DNA from: an uncultured Gammaproteobacteria bacterium
GTDB lineage: Bacteria; Pseudomonadota; Gammaproteobacteria; UBA9214
DNA: 64,000 nt
Assembly: GCA_963773065.1 (NCBI GenBank)
Contig: CAVYZN010000031.1
Coordinates: forward strand, 17,307 to 81,306
Reading direction: 5' to 3'
The notes below the pieces were generated by a model. That model did not search any database and was not told the origin of the DNA. It saw nothing but the letters and a program-made list of their open reading frames with translations. The translations under genes were made by a program, and so were the position numbers. Shown here piece after piece: positions 1-10,553 of the stretch. How positions within the stretch are numbered: the stretch's first letter is position 1; the number at the start of each line of letters is the position of its first letter.

Positions 1-1014
1 GAAAAGACTGCGGTTATAGCCATACAAGGACATGTATCCCTTACCATGATCAAGAATCAGCAACAAGCCGAAACCACGCAACCAGTCCGCAAAAACAACC
101 CGCCCTTTGGCGATGGCATGCACATCCGTGCCTTCGGATGCAGCGACAAGCACACCGCGTGAGCGGAGTTTTCCATCCGCCTGCAGTGCACCGAAAGACA
201 TGCCGATGCGCCCGGCCACCGGCCAGGCAAGCTTGCCCTTCAGGGAGCTGAGCGATTTGTATGGAATTGTCGCTGTCGGAATATCCCTGAGCGCTTTCCG
301 CAGCGACTCCACCAGCAGCTGCAGGTGTTGTTCATCATGTTCCAGCGTGGTCAGCTCGGCTGATTTTTTCTGGAGATCGGTCTGCAATTTGGCCAGCACT
401 TCCTTTCTCTGCGCCTGCGTCTGTTCGATCCGGCGTGATACTTCAATTTGTTCTGCCCTTAGTTTTTCAAGATCTGATTTCTGCTCGCTGACTTCCTGCT
501 CAATCATGTCCAGTTCATCCAGGGTTGCCTTTATCCCCTGGATGCGATCGGCGCGTGCCCGGGTGAAATAACCATGATAGGCCATGAGTCGGGCGATCGT
601 AGTGGGGTCTTCCTGATTAAGCAGCAGTTTCATCTGTTGCTGTTTACCCATGAGGTAGGCGGAACGCATATCACGGGCCAGAATGGCCCGCATCGCCTGC
701 AGCTTCCGCCGCTTATCCTCACGCTCATGTCCCAGATCCTCAAGCCTTGCCTGTGACTGGCTTATTTTCTGATCCAGCTGGCGCGAGGCGGCAGCGGTTG
801 TACCGAGTTCCTTTTCCGTTTTTTCAAGCTCGGCGTCCAGGGCATTCTTTTGTCCGCGCATCGAACCCAGCTCGTTCCTCAGTTCGCCTATGCGCGCGCG
901 CAGCTGTTTCAGCCGCGCCTCCTGCTCGGCTGCCTGATCAGTGACCCCAGCAAGACTCTGGCAGAAAGGAAATGTCGCCAATACCAGCAGGATCAACAGG
1001 CGTGTTGCAAACAT
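1..1014 (-). CDS. envC: Murein hydrolase activator EnvC (M23 family), 3' end beyond window edge
   Basis: Hand translation from the ATG at 1014 gives a signal peptide (MFATRLLILLVLA) and a long coiled coil (KLLLNQEDP). Near position 1 it reads GRVVFADWLRGFGLLLILDHGKGYMSLYGYN. It lies downstream of the gpmI remnant, the usual order. Absent from the ORF track because it runs off the edge. Confidence 0.9.
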   Translation of the reverse strand, partial: MFATRLLILLVLATFPFCQSLAGVTDQAAEQEARLKQLRARIGELRNELGSMRGQKNALDAELEKTEKELGTTAAASRQLDQKISQSQARLEDLGHEREDKRRKLQAMRAILARDMRSAYLMGKQQQMKLLLNQEDPTTIARLMAYHGYFTRARADRIQGIKATLDELDMIEQEVSEQKSDLEKLRAEQIEVSRRIEQTQAQRKEVLAKLQTDLQKKSAELTTLEHDEQHLQLLVESLRKALRDIPTATIPYKSLSSLKGKLAWPVAGRIGMSFGALQADGKLRSRGVLVAASEGTDVHAIAKGRVVFADWLRGFGLLLILDHGKGYMSLYGYNRSLF

Positions 1015-1089
1015 GCTTACGGCTTCACCTACCGGAATTCACATCCCGGCAAACAACACGGACGCGGCAAGGGCTGGCATGGCGGATAT

Positions 1090-1600
1090 TCAGCCATGCA
1101 ACTTGGCTGGCGCGCTCGCCGGCTCTTCAACACAGCCGCTACCGGATACAAGGGCAACCAGCGGCGTACCGCTCATCTCGGGTGGAACTTCAATGTTCAT
1201 CAGATGCAGCATACTGGGTACGATATCACACAAGGACCCACGCTCGGCCATTTGCGCCGGCCTGCCTGCGGAAACCAGCGGCACCGGATTGGTTGTATAC
1301 GCTGTGTGCACCTGGTCGGTTTCATCGGTACATATTCCCGTTCAAAACCGTCTAACCCAGGTTCTATGCAAGGACGGGTGATATGCCGGATCTTGATGGC
1401 TCGGCTGATCCGGGTGAACTCCTGGTATACGATCTGGCTAGCAGGCCAACTACGAAACCCGAGGTTCGTATCAGGGTAAGGGGAAAGCGCCCCGCAAACG
1501 GTCCCCTATCGGGGTTTTTCCTCGGCGATGGCGTTGTGTTGCAAAGACTCGCTATAAAAAACCCCAGCCATCCAGGATGATCAGCACCATGCGCCGCGCT
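1090..1600 (-). pseudogene. gpmI: Decayed cofactor-independent phosphoglycerate mutase
   Basis: Ordered blocks MVLIILDGWG..NAIA / TLIRTSG..VGL / IVYQEFTRISRAIK / ITRPCIEPGLDGFER / HTAYTTNPVP..DIVPSML..PEMSGTPL lie in about 500 bp with frameshifts and large deletions. Position is between envC and arsR. Confidence 0.85.
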
Positions 1601-1839
1601 GGCGTGGTTAATGTACCGGATTGCCCCTGTTATTTGTTCATAATAACTGGAATAAATCCATTTGATACTGCCACGACAATACCGCTACACGCCACATAGG
1701 GCACATGAATCCAAATCATGGTGAAAAGCAGCCAAGAGGAGCAAGATTGGCTGTAACCCGAAAGGCTTATTATTGTATAATGTTTTGTTAATGAATGCAG
1801 TAACATAAATAACTTATCGCATTATTAAGGAAGGCACCG

Positions 1840-2160
1840 ATGGTGGTAACCAGCAACGTTAACTTGATTTCCCGCGACGAAGACATCGTCCGCGCTTCTC
1901 GGTCCCTCAAGGCGATGTCCCACCCTTTGCGGCTTAAAATTCTCTGCACCCTTGGCGATCAGGAAGTCAGCGTTCAGGATATAGTCGAAAGTGTCGGGAC
2001 ATCACAAAGCAATATCTCCCAGCATCTGGCCATATTGCGCGACAAGGGCATACTCGCCTCCCGCAAGGATGCCAACCGGGTTTATTACCGTGTGGGAGAT
2101 TCACGCACCCTGCGCCTGATCAGTATGATGCAGGAAGTTTTCTGTTCTCAGGCTCGCTAG
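1840..2160 (+). CDS. ArsR/SmtB family repressor, BigR/SqrR-like
   Basis: SHPLRLKILC and SQSNISQHLAILRDKG HTH motifs, with a C-terminal VFC. Confidence 0.9.
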   Translation: MVVTSNVNLISRDEDIVRASRSLKAMSHPLRLKILCTLGDQEVSVQDIVESVGTSQSNISQHLAILRDKGILASRKDANRVYYRVGDSRTLRLISMMQEVFCSQAR

Positions 2161-2259
2161 TTCGGACAGGTCACCGAAAACCCCTACTGCACCTCCTTAA
2201 CTGAAATGATTGACTCACCACGCATCTCCGTGATGTCTTGACGTGTGATCGAATTTGCC

Positions 2260-2691
2260 ATGGATATAAACCAGCTCAGTGAATTTGTAATCAATCATCT
2301 TCTTCTGGTTACCGCGATGGTTGTAATTATCGCCATGCTGGCAGGTGGAGAACTGCGGCATCGCTTCAGCAAGGTCAAGGATATCGAGCCAGGTGAGGCG
2401 ACCCGCTTGATCAACCGTGAAAATGCCGTCGTGGTTGATATGCGCAATGACAAGGACTATCGTGACGGCCATATCGTGAATGCCATACATGTTCCCTCGG
2501 ACAAGAACGACGCCGCCAGCAAACTAGAAAAATTCCGCGACCGCCCGCTCATCGTGTGCTGCCGCAGCGGACATCAATCTGCCAAACTGAGTACAGAGTT
2601 GAGCAAGAAAGAATTTACTTCGGTGTACAACCTGAAGGGCGGGCTGCCCGCCTGGACGCAGGCAGGACTGCCCTTAGCCAAGGGCAAGTAG
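2260..2691 (+). CDS. Membrane-anchored rhodanese-like protein (YibN-like)
   Basis: N-terminal TM helix, VVDMR..GHIVNAIH, CRSG loop, NLKGGLPAW. Upstream of secB. Confidence 0.88.
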   Translation: MDINQLSEFVINHLLLVTAMVVIIAMLAGGELRHRFSKVKDIEPGEATRLINRENAVVVDMRNDKDYRDGHIVNAIHVPSDKNDAASKLEKFRDRPLIVCCRSGHQSAKLSTELSKKEFTSVYNLKGGLPAWTQAGLPLAKGK

Positions 2692-2753
2692 ATCATGCTG
2701 GCAGTTGGAATGGCAATATGCCGGCCATCCTAATACCTTGACGGAAAAATTTC

Positions 2754-3248
2754 ATGAATGAAGAAAATCGCAATGCAGTGATGGCGGAGGAGGAGGACAA
2801 TAAAATTGCTCGCCCACAAAAAATATATTTGAAGGATGTCTCCTTTGAATCACCCAACTCGCCGGATATATTCACCCAGGGATGGAAACCGAATTTAGCG
2901 GTAGAGATAGACAGCCATGCCAGTCTGATTGCGGACGACTCCTACGATGTGGTGATGAAAATCACGGCAACAGTGACAGTTGAAGGAAATACGGCGTTTC
3001 TTGCAGAAGTCCACCAGGCGGGAATTTTTATACTAAAGGGGTTTGAAAACGATCAACTGCAGCGGTTGCATCATGTTTATTGCCTGAGGACCCTCTACCC
3101 CTATGCATCCGCCGCCCTCTCTGATCTCATTACCAAGGGTGGCTTCCCGTCTTTAATGCTGGCACCAATGAACTTTGCAGCAATCTATGCCCAGCGCTTA
3201 AAGCAGGCACAATCCAAGGGTGATAACACAGACGCAACGCAGCATTAA
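2754..3248 (+). CDS. secB: Protein-export chaperone SecB
   Basis: QKIYLKDVSFESPNSP, FLAEVHQAGIF, GGFPSLMLAPMNF. Confidence 0.95.
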   Translation: MNEENRNAVMAEEEDNKIARPQKIYLKDVSFESPNSPDIFTQGWKPNLAVEIDSHASLIADDSYDVVMKITATVTVEGNTAFLAEVHQAGIFILKGFENDQLQRLHHVYCLRTLYPYASAALSDLITKGGFPSLMLAPMNFAAIYAQRLKQAQSKGDNTDATQH

Positions 3249-3310
3249 ATTCCCAGATTGCTTGCGGGCGTGAAGATACCACTGTCAATCGCGTGTAACT
3301 GCCGGGACAC

Positions 3311-4315
3311 ATGAGCACTGATTCGATCACGGTCCTCGGAGCCGGTTCCTGGGGTACGGCACTGGCCATCCGGCTGGCCACCAACAGCAAGGACGTTTGT
3401 CTCTGGGGACACGAGCCGGCCTTCATGGAAAGACTCGCCCGGGAGAGGCAAAATCGCCATTTCCTTCCCAACGTCCATTTCCCCGACAAATTAAGCGTTG
3501 CAACCGACCTCGCACGCGCCATACAGCACAGCCGCGATCTGCTGGTCGTCGTTCCAAGCCATGCCTTTCGTGAAGTCCTGAGCAAGGCGTCACCGTCACT
3601 TACTGCGCGTACACGCATTGCCTGGGCGACAAAAGGGCTGGAGACCGGCAGCGGAAAATTCATGCATGAGGTGCAGGAAGAAGTGCTGGGCACGCGCTTT
3701 CCGTCCGCCGTGCTGTCCGGACCAACCTTTGCACAGGAGGTCGCTGCCGGCCTGCCAACGGCATTGACGGTTGCCTCGACCAATCCCTCATTCGCAAACG
3801 ACCTTGCAACCTGCCTGCAGGCTGACGTCATGCGCGTCTATACCAGCGATGATGTGATCGGCGTGGAACTGGGGGGTACGGTCAAGAACGTGCTGGCGAT
3901 CGCCGCGGGTATCGCCGATGGGCTGGAACTGGGCGCCAATTCCCGAGCCGCTCTGATCACGCGCGGACTGGCGGAAATCATACGCCTCGGTGATGCCATG
4001 GGCGCCAGACGGGAAACCCTGATGGGTCTGTCCGGTGTCGGTGATCTGATCCTCACCTGCACCGACAACCAGTCGCGCAACCGACGGCTGGGCCTCGCGC
4101 TTGGCAAGGGTCGGCCGATGCAGATCGCTGTACAGGAGATTGGTCAGGTGGTGGAAGGCGTCAATACCGCACGCGAAATCGTGCAACTGGCGCGCCAGTA
4201 TAAGGTAGACATGCCGATTTCAGAACAGGTCTACCGGGTCCTTTATGACAGGTTACCGCCGGCCAAGGCGGTGCATAACTTGCTGGCACGTGAAGCAAGG
4301 GTTGAATCGACTTAA
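3311..4315 (+). CDS. gpsA: NAD(P)H-dependent glycerol-3-phosphate dehydrogenase
   Basis: [37 protein letters not shown]. Confidence 0.97.
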   Translation: MSTDSITVLGAGSWGTALAIRLATNSKDVCLWGHEPAFMERLARERQNRHFLPNVHFPDKLSVATDLARAIQHSRDLLVVVPSHAFREVLSKASPSLTARTRIAWATKGLETGSGKFMHEVQEEVLGTRFPSAVLSGPTFAQEVAAGLPTALTVASTNPSFANDLATCLQADVMRVYTSDDVIGVELGGTVKNVLAIAAGIADGLELGANSRAALITRGLAEIIRLGDAMGARRETLMGLSGVGDLILTCTDNQSRNRRLGLALGKGRPMQIAVQEIGQVVEGVNTAREIVQLARQYKVDMPISEQVYRVLYDRLPPAKAVHNLLAREARVEST

Positions 4316-4780
4316 CTGGACGCGCCTTCATATCCCCGTTGCCGCCAGGCCTCGTAAATAACCACCGCCACGGTATTCGACAGATTCAGGCTGCGGCTGT
4401 TGGCAACCATCGGCAAGCGCAGTACCGCAGCCTCGCCAACCATACTGCAGTACCTCATGCGGCAGACCGCGTGTTTCCGGGCCAAACAAAAAGGCGTCAC
4501 CCTCCTGGTAACTGACCTGCGCAAATGATCGCGCGCCCTTGGTCGATAAGGCCCACAGTCGTGCCGGTTGCACGGCGGCCTGAAATGCCGCCAGCGATTC
4601 GTGTTCCCGCAGCGTGGCCCACTCCCGGTAATCCAGGCCGGCACGCCGCAGCTTGCGGTCATCGAGATCGAATCCGAGCGGTCCTACCAGATGCAGGACA
4701 CTGCCGGTATTGGCGCAAAGGCGTATGATATTGCCGGTATTCGGAGGTATCTCCGGTTGATACAGCACCACGTGAAACAT
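4312..4780 (-). CDS. trmL: tRNA (cytidine/uridine-34 2'-O)-methyltransferase, one +1 frameshift near 4444
   Basis: [33 protein letters not shown] is in one frame and [18 protein letters not shown] is in the next. Confidence 0.9.
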
Positions 4781-4806
4781 GCACGCACCCATGGCAATCA
4801 GCACCT

Positions 4807-5794
4807 GTGACCCCACTGACTGAAGCCGAGCAGCAACTATTGAGGGTGGATTTTTGCGGCCTGCCGTTTGCCACGCCACTGGTGCTGCTATCCGGCTGTG
4901 TCGGTTTCGGCGAAGAATACACCCGCATCGCGGGTTTCTCCCACGGGGAGGTCGGTGCCGTGTGTCTCAAGGGAACAACCCTCGCGCCGCGCCTCGGCAA
5001 TCCGCCCCACCGTATTGCCGAAACCCCCATGGGCATGCTGAACGCCATCGGGCTGCAAAACCCCGGCGTCGATCATGTCGTCAACGTGATCCTGCCGACG
5101 CTCGATTTTACCGAGACACGTTTTATCGCCAACGTCTCCGGCTCAACGGTTGAGGAATATACCGAGGTGACGGCTCGCTTTGACGATTCACCCATCGACG
5201 CCATCGAGATCAACATCTCCTGCCCGAACGTCAAGGAAGGCGGCGTCGCCTTCGGCAATGACCCGAACATGTCCGCACGCGTGGTCAAAGCCTGCCGTAA
5301 GGTCACACAAAAACCCCTGATCACCAAGCTTTCGCCCAATCAAACCGACATCGCCGAAAACGCCCGGCGGTGCCTCGAGGCCGGCAGCGATGCCTTCGCC
5401 GTCATCAACACGCTGATGGGTATGGCCATCGACATCAAAACCCGCAAGCCGGTCATCGGCAACAACCAGGGCGGCCTCTCCGGCCCCGCCATCAAACCCA
5501 TCGCCGTGCTTAAGGTGCACCAGGTCCACCAGGTCTGCAAGCCGCACGGTATCCCTATCATCGGTCAAGGAGGCATCACCAGCGCCGAGGACGCCATCGA
5601 GTTTCTCATTGCCGGTGCCAGCGCGGTCGGTGTCGGCACGGCGCTGTTCTACGACCCGCTGATGTGCAACAGCATCAACCAGGGCATCTCGACTTACCTG
5701 CATGAACATGGAACTCCGGCACGTCAGTGAGCTGAGCGGCAGCCTGTCACTGAACGGCAGCAGGTCGGCCCTTGCACCTGCTGGTACGGGGTAA
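4807..5794 (+). CDS. pyrD: Class 1 dihydroorotate dehydrogenase catalytic subunit, +1 frameshift near 5712
   Basis: GNPPHRIAETP, NAIGLQNPG, EINISCPN, GGLSGPAIKP. Removing one A at 5712 restores the C-terminus LRHVSELSGSL, ending at TAA 5794. Confidence 0.9.
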
Positions 5795-5921
5795 TCAGGT
5801 GTCGTAGACAGATCTGCCCAGATTACCAGCCTTCCGAGCGGTACTGGATCACAAGCACGGCGTTGATCGGTGTTAAACAAGTTGTATGAGAGGCTCGATT
5901 TATTCAGTTTTTCACCCCGCG

Positions 5922-7895
5922 CTATGGCAACGGCAAATCCTCAACCGCCAGTGTCAGGTCATGTTTTCCTGCGGCTATGTGTTCGAACCTGTAGCGGCCA
6001 TCACCGTCGGTAGTGGCGACATAGCGCTTGTCCAGATAGACAACAACGTCCCTGACCACCGACTCGCCTGCCTGGCGTATGCCATCGCCGTTCCCATCAT
6101 AAAACACCAGGCCCGTGATATCCCCATAGCCATGCGCAGCGGTCTGCTGACCAAGCAATACGTATGGCCGGCCGCGTGATTCACTGTAGCGTACACTGAA
6201 CAACAGGGTTTTCTCATCATCAGAGAAATCTGTTCCGATATTGTCGGCACCGGTGTCAAACTGATTCATCGTTACACGCAAACTGGCGTCCCAGTCCCGG
6301 AGAAAACGCCAGTACATCGCGAGCGAGGCAAACAGGTTGTTTTGTGTATTCTGCTCTCTACTGTTTACACGAACATAGGAAATATCCGCATCCCAGTTCA
6401 GGCTGGAGCTGATTTCATGACGCAGGAGCAAGGCGGCGGAACTGCGGCTTTCCTGATTATCGATCCCGGTTTCATTCTCACGAGAAAACGAGCTGGACAA
6501 TGACAGATCCTGCCGCAGGTTCCAGTCCTGGTCCCATATGACGCCGTAGCCATTCCCCGTGTCATTCCCTTGTTCAAGACGGGAGGCGGAAATCTGCAAG
6601 CGGGAGGTTCCGATGGAAAAACCCCGGGAGATATAACCTGACACAACATAGTTGCGGCTTTCATCATCTGCGGAATTATCGCGTGGGCTGCTGCCGCGCA
6701 CTGTCAGCGTGGAGCCGATGGTGGTTTTGTAAGTCACGCGCCAGGAGTCGTCTAGGAAGCCGTTGTACAGATAGTTATCCGGGCGTGTGGATGTGTTGTC
6801 TAGATTGGTGTCCACAAAGTCCAGTCCCGTGGTGAAGGCATTGCGCAGGCTTCGTGTTTCCGAACGGATATAAGCCCCCTGTTGATCGTTGGTCAGCGCC
6901 GTGTCAGCCCACAACAGATCGGGTTCGAGTCGGAACACGCCATAGCGGTTACGCCAGCGGTTGACACGCGTATCCCCATCGAGCCAGGCGCCGTTCTGCC
7001 CCTTGCTGTCAAACAGGAGGTGCGCCTTGTAGCGTTGCTGCTCATCAGGACTCTGGTATTCCACTGCTGAAGCAATGCTCTGATGGTCAGGAACATCAGC
7101 CGCATCTTCGAGATCCAGTGCATAAGTACCGATGCGCCACTGGCGGCCCAGGTCGCGATTATAGCCCAGGGAAAAGAGTTTCCCGTCGCTGGTATCAAAA
7201 CCCTCTATCTGGCCGGTGCCCAGCCGGCCGATGCGCCCGGAACTGATATCGATGATTGAGTCCTGGCCGGATATCCGGGTTTTGGCGCCAAGCAGCAGAG
7301 CCGACGGCAGGTTCATCCGGAAGCTGCTGCTTATCATGGAATCGGCATTGCTGCGCAGCACACCGGCCGTATTATCCATGATCTGGTGTTCATTCAGTGC
7401 GAAGTCGTACTGTCGCAGAGTAAATTGGGCGTTACCGGAATCATCCGTGAAGGATTGCTGATTGCCCTTGTGCAGGGTGCCGGCAAGATCAAACTCCCCG
7501 TAGTTCAGGGTTTCACGACGCCAGTTGAGCAGTACACCGTTCTCCCAGTCATCGTATGGATCGCGTTTATCGCGGTAATACTGGTATTCAACGCTGAGAA
7601 AGCGGCGTCCCTCGGGTTCGGCCTCTTCTTCCATCAGTTCACTGTCGAACAGCCTGCTGTCCTGCCCGGGTTCGATTAGCTGATCCACATAGTTATCTGC
7701 AGCCGCGACATCACCGGCGGCTTGCTCTGCTTGAGGTTGCGTTCCCTGCGTAACATCTGTTTGCGCAGCTACGGGCGGCGCCTCCTCTGCATGGCCCTGG
7801 GGAGGCATCCAGATTGCAGGCAATGACAGTAACAGCAGCGTTACGCCGGTTAGACCGTTCTGATTACGCGTGCGATCAGAGCGCATTGAGCCCAA
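5922..7895 (-). CDS. Outer-membrane beta-barrel/usher-like protein with C-terminal SdrD-B-like Ig domain, apparently truncated
   Basis: Signal peptide and amphipathic beta-strand pattern. C-terminal GLVFYDGNGDGIRQAGE..TDGDGRYRF ends abruptly at LPLP-TAG. Confidence 0.6.
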   Translation of the reverse strand: MGSMRSDRTRNQNGLTGVTLLLLSLPAIWMPPQGHAEEAPPVAAQTDVTQGTQPQAEQAAGDVAAADNYVDQLIEPGQDSRLFDSELMEEEAEPEGRRFLSVEYQYYRDKRDPYDDWENGVLLNWRRETLNYGEFDLAGTLHKGNQQSFTDDSGNAQFTLRQYDFALNEHQIMDNTAGVLRSNADSMISSSFRMNLPSALLLGAKTRISGQDSIIDISSGRIGRLGTGQIEGFDTSDGKLFSLGYNRDLGRQWRIGTYALDLEDAADVPDHQSIASAVEYQSPDEQQRYKAHLLFDSKGQNGAWLDGDTRVNRWRNRYGVFRLEPDLLWADTALTNDQQGAYIRSETRSLRNAFTTGLDFVDTNLDNTSTRPDNYLYNGFLDDSWRVTYKTTIGSTLTVRGSSPRDNSADDESRNYVVSGYISRGFSIGTSRLQISASRLEQGNDTGNGYGVIWDQDWNLRQDLSLSSSFSRENETGIDNQESRSSAALLLRHEISSSLNWDADISYVRVNSREQNTQNNLFASLAMYWRFLRDWDASLRVTMNQFDTGADNIGTDFSDDEKTLLFSVRYSESRGRPYVLLGQQTAAHGYGDITGLVFYDGNGDGIRQAGESVVRDVVVYLDKRYVATTDGDGRYRFEHIAAGKHDLTLAVEDLPLP

Positions 7896-8064
7896 AGCAT
7901 CCCGAGCCGTTTGACTTTTGGAAACACTTATGCCGGCTCAGTGCAATGTCTTTCGGGTGCCGGTACCAGCACTGCTGGCACGGCGATTGAAACACACCGG
8001 ATTAAATGCGTCTACAAAAAACGCGGGTGGTATGGCTGTGGCGATACTGCGAGTGGTTGGCGGC

Positions 8065-9477
8065 TCAGGCAGTTTCCTGCAGACCGAATTCCTTCAGCTT
8101 GCGGGTCAGAGTATTGCGGCCCCAACCCAGCAGGCGTGCCGCCTCCTGGCGCCGCCCGCTGGTGTGTTGCAGTGCCGTTTCAATCATGATGCGCTCAAAT
8201 GCGGGCGTGGCCTCATCCAGCAGATGCTCGCGACCTTCCACAAGTTGCTGACGGGCCCATTTACGCAACTGAGGTTGCCAGTCCCCTTCCGCTGTCGCCA
8301 TATGGCGGGATTGGGTGGTCAGTTCATCTGGCAGATCCTCAGCCCGTATTTCCTGTCCCGGCGCCATCACTGTCAGCCAGCGGCACAGGTTCTCCAACTG
8401 GCGGACATTTCCCGGCCAGTCCAGTTGCATTAGGATTTTCTCGACGTCCTGACTGACTTGTTTTGCCTCAACCTCGAGCTCCTTTGCCGCCAACCCCAGA
8501 AAATGGCGCATCAGCACCGGGATATCCTCGCGACGCTCACGCAACGGGGGTATATGGATGCGGATCACATTCAGGCGGTGAAACAGGTCTTCCCGGAAAT
8601 AGCCGTCTTTCACGCGCTTTTCCAAGTCTTGGTGCGTGGCGGCAATAATGCGCACATTAACCTTCTTCGGCGTATGCGCGCCAACGGGATAAAATTCACC
8701 ATCCGCCAGCACCCGCAGCAAGCGGGTTTGCAGTTCCGCCGGCATGTCGCCAATCTCGTCCAGCATCAGGGTTCCGCCATCGGCCTGCTCGAAACGGCCG
8801 GTACGGCGGCTTTGCGCGCCGGTAAACGCGCCACGCTCATGCCCGAACAACTCGGACTCCAGCAGGTCACGCGGTATGGCTGCCATGTTGAGCGCCACAA
8901 ACGGTTTATCTGCTCGCAAGCTATGCCGATGCAGCGCCAATGCGACCAGTTCCTTGCCGGTGCCTGACTCCCCGTTGATCAGGACTGTTGCATTGGAATG
9001 CGCCAGTCGCCCGATGGCGCGAAACACTTCCTGCATGGCCGGGGCCCGGCCGACAATCTCGGGTGCATGCTGTTTGCTATCGATGATGACCTCTGCCTGT
9101 TGCTTCTCCCGCACTTTCAGGGCGCGGCGCGCCAGTGCTATGGCATCATCGACATCAAACGGTTTCGGCAGATATTCAAAGGCGCCGCCTTTGTAGGCGG
9201 AAACCGCACTGTCTAAATCGGAATGTGCGGTCATGATGATAACCGGCAGTTTCGGATATGAAGTGCCAATCCGTTCCAGGAGTTCCAGTCCGTCTATGTC
9301 AGGCATGCGGATATCTGAAATTATCACGGCCGGCTCTTCCTTCTCCAGCGCTTGCATCGCCTTGGTACCGGAATCAAAACTGGCTACATTCATCCCGGCC
9401 TTCTCCAGCGCCTTTTCCAGTACCCAGCGTATCGAATTGTCGTCGTCAATAATCCAGATTATCTGGCTATGGCTCAT
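8065..9477 (-). CDS. ntrC: Nitrogen regulation response regulator NtrC
   Basis: REC domain, GESGTGKE, GAFTGA, Fis HTH LGWGRNTLTRK. Confidence 0.97.
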   Translation of the reverse strand: MSHSQIIWIIDDDNSIRWVLEKALEKAGMNVASFDSGTKAMQALEKEEPAVIISDIRMPDIDGLELLERIGTSYPKLPVIIMTAHSDLDSAVSAYKGGAFEYLPKPFDVDDAIALARRALKVREKQQAEVIIDSKQHAPEIVGRAPAMQEVFRAIGRLAHSNATVLINGESGTGKELVALALHRHSLRADKPFVALNMAAIPRDLLESELFGHERGAFTGAQSRRTGRFEQADGGTLMLDEIGDMPAELQTRLLRVLADGEFYPVGAHTPKKVNVRIIAATHQDLEKRVKDGYFREDLFHRLNVIRIHIPPLRERREDIPVLMRHFLGLAAKELEVEAKQVSQDVEKILMQLDWPGNVRQLENLCRWLTVMAPGQEIRAEDLPDELTTQSRHMATAEGDWQPQLRKWARQQLVEGREHLLDEATPAFERIMIETALQHTSGRRQEAARLLGWGRNTLTRKLKEFGLQETA

Positions 9478-10553
9478 TGTTTGTTATCCAGTGGAAGTAA
9501 AATGGTGAACACGGTTTTACCTGGTCTGCTGCTGCATTCAATGAGACCCTGATGCCGGCTGATCAGTGACTGCGCGATGGAAAGTCCGAGGCCGGTACCG
9601 TCGCTGCGGGTCGTTATCATGGGGTAGAAAATCTTTTCACGCAGTTCCTCATCGATGCCCGGACCGTTGTCGATCACCTGTACGCAGGCCACCAGCCGGT
9701 GTCGCCGGCTGCCGATGTTGAACTGTCGTCTTACACGGGTACGCAGGGTAATCTCACCTTCGCCACCCAATGCCTGGACGGCGTTACGGACGATATTCAA
9801 CACGGCCTGAACCAGCAGGTCCGGGTCAGCCTGCAATTCAGGCAGGCTAGGATCATAATCCTTGGTGATTTTCAGACCGGTGTTTACTTCGATCAGGACG
9901 AGATCGCTTACGCGTTCCAGGATATGGTGAATATTCACGGCCTGTATGCTGGGTATATTCTTCGGCCATAACATTCGATCGATGAGGTTTTGCAGGCGGT
10001 CCGCCTCACGAATGATGATCTGCGTATATTCCTTCAGCTCATCGCCCTCAACCTCCCTCTCCAGCAACTGTGCAGCACCCCGCAGCCCGCCGAGCGGATT
10101 CTTGATTTCATGGGCAAGACCTCGCAGGAGTGCATGTGTGGCTTCCTGCTGTATCATCAGGTGTTCTTCCTGCTCGATGCGCATGAGATGATCAACCTTG
10201 CGCAGTTCCAGCATCACCCCGGCAAATTCTCCCGGAATGCTAACCGGCGTGTGCGTGCAATTGACAATCAACGGGGCATGTCCATTATGTAAATCCAGCC
10301 GGCACCCGCGTTGCATGACTACTTGCCTTGTTTCCAGCGTACCGATCAAGTGCTGGGTAATCATATCCGCATTGGTGATGAGTTCCTGGAGTGACTTGCC
10401 ACGGGCATGGCGTACACTCTGCGCCAACATCACCTCGCCTGCGGGATTGATGTAGCGCAACCGTAACTGGTCATCAAACAATAAAACGGCTGTATTCAGG
10501 TATTCGAGCAGTCGTTCAGGGTGGAATTCAGGAAAAGGTTGACTGCCTGACAT
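9474..10553 (-). CDS. ntrB: Nitrogen regulation histidine kinase NtrB
   Basis: PAS domain, LAHEIKNPLGGLRGAAQLL, DNGPGI, GTGLGL. ATG at 10553 chosen as start. Confidence 0.95.
   Translation of the reverse strand: MSGSQPFPEFHPERLLEYLNTAVLLFDDQLRLRYINPAGEVMLAQSVRHARGKSLQELITNADMITQHLIGTLETRQVVMQRGCRLDLHNGHAPLIVNCTHTPVSIPGEFAGVMLELRKVDHLMRIEQEEHLMIQQEATHALLRGLAHEIKNPLGGLRGAAQLLEREVEGDELKEYTQIIIREADRLQNLIDRMLWPKNIPSIQAVNIHHILERVSDLVLIEVNTGLKITKDYDPSLPELQADPDLLVQAVLNIVRNAVQALGGEGEITLRTRVRRQFNIGSRRHRLVACVQVIDNGPGIDEELREKIFYPMITTRSDGTGLGLSIAQSLISRHQGLIECSSRPGKTVFTILLPLDNKQ

Noticed and set aside
107-1580. Plus-strand ORFs in the track
   Set aside because: Antisense to envC and the gpmI remnant.
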